IMG/VR virus record: IMGVR_UViG_3300046333_000120
From: a virus
Direction: 5' to 3' (one strand)
DNA length: 64,000 nt
Positions 59,968 to 64,000 of the stretch are shown piece after piece (positions within the stretch are counted from its first letter, which is position 1; the number at the start of each line of letters is the position of its first letter). A model generated the notes under the pieces. That model saw only the letters and a list, made by a program, of their open reading frames with translations. It had not been told where the DNA came from and ran no database searches. Made by a program: the position numbers and the translations under genes.

Positions 59968-61368
59968 ATGGCAAATTTAATCAATGAATCAGAAATCAGA
60001 GCAACATGGTCTCCGATTATCGAATCTGCGACAGGAATCAACGACGCTAGCAAATTAGCTTGGATGTCAGAATACTGTCACAATCACAAATTATATGAAG
60101 ATGCATCTACAATGTCTTTAGGACTTGCAGGAAATATCTTTGGTATGGGAGCAACTACATTACCTTCTGCAATTGGTGCAGGTGGAGTTTCTACTGTAAA
60201 TGGTTCTGGAGATAAATCTCCTTCATTATTACCTTTAGCAATGCAAGTTGCTGCACAAACTGTAGGTTTAGATTTAGTACCTGTAGTTCCTATGGCTGGA
60301 CCAATGGGATTATTATCTTATTTAGACTTCGTTTATGAAGGTGGTAAAGTAGCTGGTTCTACTGCTCCAACCTATATTAAAACATCTTTAGCTGTTGATG
60401 CTGCTGATACTTTAGTAGGTACTTCAAGAATTGATGGTAAAAATATAGTAAAAGTAAGTGCTGCAACTGAAGCTGCTGGTGTTATTACTGATACTTATGC
60501 TGATGCAGAATTAGTAAAAGCATTAGAAGATCACATTAAAGGATTTGTAGCTGCAGACAACGCAGGTAACCCATTCTCAAGAGAAGCAGGTGAACAAACT
60601 CCAGACAAAGTAATGGGTCTTTCTTTATTCTCTAAATCAGTTTCAGCTGAAACTTTCCAAGTTGCTGCTGCTGTAACAAGAGAACAAGTTCAAGATTTAA
60701 AACAATTCGGAGTTGACGCTGTTGCTCAAGTTGAAGCTGTTTTAACTAATGAATTAACTCAATCAATTAATCAATACATCTTAGGCAGATTAAGAACGTT
60801 AGGTACAACTAACATTACTAATGCTTTCGGTGCATCTACTGATTTCGATTTAGAATTAGATGCTGCTGCATCATTAACAGGTGGTGAAACTTTACCATCA
60901 GTTCACAGAAGAATTTTATCTCAAGTATTAGCTGCTGCTAACTTAATTGCTAACAGAGGTAGAAGAGGTGCTGGTAACTTCGCTGTAGTTGGACCACAAA
61001 CTGCAACTGTATTACAGTCAATCGCTGGATTCATTGCTAACCCAATGGCTAACACATTCGCACAAGCTGCTGGAGCTATCTATCCATTAGGATCTGTTGC
61101 AGGTATTAATATCTACACTGACCCAACAATGAACTGGGGAGATTATTCAGTAACTGTAGGTAGAAAAGGTGACGGAAACGGACCAGGTGTTGTATTTATG
61201 CCTTACTTAATGGCTGAATCAGTTCAAACAATCGCTGAAGGAACTATGGCTCCTAAAGTTGCTGTTAAATCTAGATTCGCATTAGTTGATGCAGGTTTCC
61301 ACCCAGAAACTCAATATGTTACATTCGCAGTAACTGGAACATGGACTAACTTATTAACATTAGCTTAA
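59968..61368 (+). CDS. Major capsid protein (T4 gp23-like)
   Basis: 'WSPIIE', 'VVPMAGPMG', 'EQVQDLK', 'NELTQSIN', 'RRGAGNF', 'FMPY', 'KSRFAL'. Confidence 0.92.
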   Translation: MANLINESEIRATWSPIIESATGINDASKLAWMSEYCHNHKLYEDASTMSLGLAGNIFGMGATTLPSAIGAGGVSTVNGSGDKSPSLLPLAMQVAAQTVGLDLVPVVPMAGPMGLLSYLDFVYEGGKVAGSTAPTYIKTSLAVDAADTLVGTSRIDGKNIVKVSAATEAAGVITDTYADAELVKALEDHIKGFVAADNAGNPFSREAGEQTPDKVMGLSLFSKSVSAETFQVAAAVTREQVQDLKQFGVDAVAQVEAVLTNELTQSINQYILGRLRTLGTTNITNAFGASTDFDLELDAAASLTGGETLPSVHRRILSQVLAAANLIANRGRRGAGNFAVVGPQTATVLQSIAGFIANPMANTFAQAAGAIYPLGSVAGINIYTDPTMNWGDYSVTVGRKGDGNGPGVVFMPYLMAESVQTIAEGTMAPKVAVKSRFALVDAGFHPETQYVTFAVTGTWTNLLTLA

Positions 61369-61402
61369 TATTTAAATAGAATTTAACATTCTAAATATAT
61401 TT

Positions 61403-61460
61403 AAGGGAACTGAGAAATCAGTTCCCTTATAAGGGAACTGAGAAATCAGTTCCCTTTTTT
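61403..61460 (+). terminator. Exactly duplicated terminator hairpin
   Basis: AAGGGAACTGA-gaaa-TCAGTTCCCTT at 61403-28 and 61431-56; only the second has a full T tract. Confidence 0.85.
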
Positions 61461-61506
61461 ATGATATATAATTAACATTTATAACATATAAAATAAACAA
61501 ATAACT

Positions 61507-62649
61507 ATGAAAAAAACACAATCATTTAACGAATGGAATTCATCGTTTAACGAAAATGATACTATAGCGGCAGATGTTGAAGTAGCATCTACTACAAATG
61601 TTGAAATTTCGAAAGATGTTGATACTATTATTAATTCATTAGAAACTTTAGCAAATGAATTATCTGAAGATTTAAATGCTATGCAACTTGATGAAGCAGA
61701 GGCGGTTGATTTTATTAAATCATGGATTATGAGTATTAAGGCAACAAATGCACAAAGAAAGGTTAATAAAATTAAAATGAATTCAGTGGATCTTGAATTT
61801 GCAGCAAAAAAAGCAGAAGGAGATAAACAATCTGCATTAGAGGATAAAAGTGAATTGGTAAAGGCTCAATCAAATGAGTTACAGAAAATGGTAAATGATA
61901 GATTTTCAGGCAAAGGTTCATTAGTAGATAGTAAATTATCAAAGGCTAAAATTGAAGGTCAACTTGAAATTATTAAAAGAACATCCGGAATGGAAGATGA
62001 CCCTGCTCGAAAATCAGATCTTAAAACAAAGATGAAAGAACTTGCAGATAAATATAGAGAAGAAGAAGCAGCTATTGCTAAACTAGAAGATGATAATAAA
62101 GATGTAATAGAAGCTGAAAAAGAAAGAATTAACAAAGAAGCTGAAAATAAAAAGAGTAGCAAAACTGATTCTAACCCAGAAGATACCCAAGCCACTAAGG
62201 ATGCAGAAGATGCTCAAGCAGCTAAGGATGCAGAAGATGCTCAAGCAGCTAAGGATGCAGAAGATGCTCAAGCAGCTAAGGATCCAAAGGTAAAAGCGCT
62301 AGAGGATGAAATTGCTAAGTTAGAACAAGAATTAACAACTGCCGAAAATTCTCCAAATAAGAATAAAGAAGGTATATCAGTATTACAAGCTTCAATTGTT
62401 GGTAAAAAGAAATCATTAAAAACTTTAAAAGATAAAGTGCAAGATTCTTTAATTATTCGAGCAAATTCAAATGGATTAAATGAATTAGCGGTAGAAATAG
62501 GGTCAAAATTAGATTGGCAAGTTTCTGAAGGAACTGCGTTATATCTTAAGTATGATGAAATTATTAAAAAAGCAGAATATACAAATACATTAAATGAATC
62601 TCGATATAATAATTTAAGTATTAAGGATAGATTCGCAAGATTGTTATAA
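61507..62649 (+). CDS. Coiled-coil putative internal head protein, 380 aa
   Basis: Late motif at 61463-71; leader MKKTQSFNEW...FNE; sites LDE|A and TLNE|S. Confidence 0.5.
   Translation: MKKTQSFNEWNSSFNENDTIAADVEVASTTNVEISKDVDTIINSLETLANELSEDLNAMQLDEAEAVDFIKSWIMSIKATNAQRKVNKIKMNSVDLEFAAKKAEGDKQSALEDKSELVKAQSNELQKMVNDRFSGKGSLVDSKLSKAKIEGQLEIIKRTSGMEDDPARKSDLKTKMKELADKYREEEAAIAKLEDDNKDVIEAEKERINKEAENKKSSKTDSNPEDTQATKDAEDAQAAKDAEDAQAAKDAEDAQAAKDPKVKALEDEIAKLEQELTTAENSPNKNKEGISVLQASIVGKKKSLKTLKDKVQDSLIIRANSNGLNELAVEIGSKLDWQVSEGTALYLKYDEIIKKAEYTNTLNESRYNNLSIKDRFARLL
62195..62283 (+). repeat. 27-bp coding tandem repeat (KDAEDAQAA), about 3.3 copies
   Basis: CTAAGGATGCAGAAGATGCTCAAGCAG repeated exactly; a degenerate copy lies just upstream. 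Confidence 0.9.
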
Positions 62650-63147
62650 TCTTTTAGAATTCTTAAGAGCTAATCTCATAAACTCCTGTTGTTGATTCAA
62701 TAGGAGTTTTTTTATGTGTTCTTGAAAGGCAATAGATGATTTTAAAATCCTGCCATCTATCATACCTCCGCCTAGTGTGCCATGATAATCAGGGTGTACA
62801 AAGTTCTCTACACTGAAATTATTAATATTAGAACGAATGGGTTCACCAGAGAGTGCGCAGGTCCAATCTATCGTATCGTAGTTTTCATATAATTCCTCCA
62901 TTTTCATGAAATCGCCAGTAGACCAATCATAATAATATCGATTCTTTGATGTTTGGTTCTTATATTTACTAACTTCAAATAAGATTTGTAAAAACTGATC
63001 ATCTTGGGCTCTTTCCTTTATTAATGGATTTTCCAATAATAATCTACGTTGTTGTCGTGAGAGACCTTCGTAACATACACCATACCTATTTCTTGGATTT
63101 GGTCCACCTGTTCTTTTAATATTTGGATATTTATTATTGTATGCCAT
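62644..63147 (-). CDS. Hypothetical protein, 167 aa (the only convincing minus-strand gene)
   Basis: Fills otherwise empty space; local strand composition flips; divergent from the clamp loader gene. Confidence 0.65.
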   Translation of the reverse strand: MAYNNKYPNIKRTGGPNPRNRYGVCYEGLSRQQRRLLLENPLIKERAQDDQFLQILFEVSKYKNQTSKNRYYYDWSTGDFMKMEELYENYDTIDWTCALSGEPIRSNINNFSVENFVHPDYHGTLGGGMIDGRILKSSIAFQEHIKKLLLNQQQEFMRLALKNSKRL

Positions 63148-63159
63148 GTTATATTTATT

Positions 63160-63188
63160 TGAAACTTATTATATTCATTTTATATAAT
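63160..63188 (+). promoter_or_regulatory. TGAAAC-N17-TATAAT promoter
   Basis: Motif match before the clamp loader gene. Confidence 0.65.
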
Positions 63189-63213
63189 ATCTATAAAACT
63201 AAGCAAAAAATAT

Positions 63214-64000
63214 ATGATTCACAAGTTATTTACTGAGAAATACAGACCTAAAAATCTTGAAGATTTAATTCTACCTGAAAGAGTAATGTCTAAATTTAAA
63301 GATGGACTAACACAAAATATGTTATTGGCAGGAAGCCCTGGAACTGGCAAAACATCAACAGCAAAGGCAATTGTTCAACAATTTGAATTACCATATCTTT
63401 ATATTAATGCATCGACAGATACGTCGGTTGATGTTATTCGTACTAGAATAACAGACTTCTGTTCTACTATGTCAATATTGGATGATAGAGGAAAATTTAA
63501 AGTAGTTATATTAGATGAGGTTGATGGAGTATCTGATCAATTTTTTAAAGCTTTGCGTGCAACTATGGAAACATTTGCTGCAAACTCTAGATTTATTGCA
63601 ACTTGTAATTATGTAAATAAAATTCCAGATCCAATTCTTTCAAGATTTGAAGTAATTAATTTTGATTTTGATAAATCAGAAGAAAGCGAATTAACAAAAA
63701 AATATATTAGAAGAGTATATGATATATGTGGAAAGGAAAACATGACAATTGAAAAACCAGCATTGGTAGAATTTGTTAAAAGAAACTTTCCAGATTTAAG
63801 AAGTACTCTTAATAAATTACAAGGTTACAAAACACAAGGAACTACGAATATTACAGAAACAGATGTAAAGAAATTTAACTCGGTTTATAAAGATGTATTT
63901 GAGTTAATTTTCAATGAGATGGACCCTATTACAAATTATAAACATTTAGTTGGAGAGTATTCAAATAGAGTTGATGATGTTTTACAAACATTAGGAGAAG
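63214..64000 (+). CDS. Clamp loader AAA+ subunit (T4 gp44/RFC-like), 3' truncated
   Basis: My translation (absent from the ORF track): MIHKLFTEKYRPKNLEDLILP, GSPGTGKT, INAS, ILDEVD, SRF, PDLR. Confidence 0.9.
   Translation, partial: MIHKLFTEKYRPKNLEDLILPERVMSKFKDGLTQNMLLAGSPGTGKTSTAKAIVQQFELPYLYINASTDTSVDVIRTRITDFCSTMSILDDRGKFKVVILDEVDGVSDQFFKALRATMETFAANSRFIATCNYVNKIPDPILSRFEVINFDFDKSEESELTKKYIRRVYDICGKENMTIEKPALVEFVKRNFPDLRSTLNKLQGYKTQGTTNITETDVKKFNSVYKDVFELIFNEMDPITNYKHLVGEYSNRVDDVLQTLGE

Noticed and set aside
2245-62271. Many short minus-strand and alternate-frame ORFs in the track (e.g. 22395-22904, 47382-47753, 56922-57227)
   Set aside because: They lie wholly within well-supported + strand genes, have shadow-like composition and show no motifs.
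62195-62283. CRISPR-like repeat
   Set aside because: Head-to-tail 27-bp units with no spacers, in frame within a coding sequence.
1-64000. Stop-codon reassignment, as in some large Bacteroidota phages
   Set aside because: Conserved genes are full length and densely packed under the standard code.

Overview
A 64-kb, AT-rich, almost entirely + strand segment of a large T4-like (myovirus-type) phage genome, read in the standard genetic code. Most start codons have A-rich leaders with no Shine-Dalgarno sequence, which suggests a Bacteroidota host (inference). Layout: large virion/tail genes (1-19.1 kb); resolvase, SSB, primase, UvsY and UvsW (19.8-25.1 kb); a block of proteins carrying T4-like capsid-targeting leaders and repeated prohead-protease-like cleavage sites, including two RNA-ligase-fold proteins (25.2-34.2 kb); a DUF2828/TROVE(Ro60)-like gene followed by a separately transcribed candidate non-coding RNA (34.6-36.4 kb); a DNA-modification trio (36.4-38.3 kb); a family B DNA polymerase split into two genes 5.5 kb apart around nrdB-HNH-nrdA; UvsX, helicase, gp47/gp46; and gp15, gp55, gp4, gp2, portal, protease-scaffold, major capsid and clamp loader. 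Two promoter classes are visible: TGAAAC-N17/18-TATAAT before replication genes and GATA(T/A)ATAA mostly before virion genes. The best candidates for undescribed biology are (1) a Ro60-like protein with tandem Y-RNA-like elements (covarying terminal stems, shared TACAGCAAA motif) next to RNA-ligase-fold genes and (2) capsid-packaged polyproteins apparently built from protease-released mini-modules. All family assignments come from motif recognition by eye; no searches were run.
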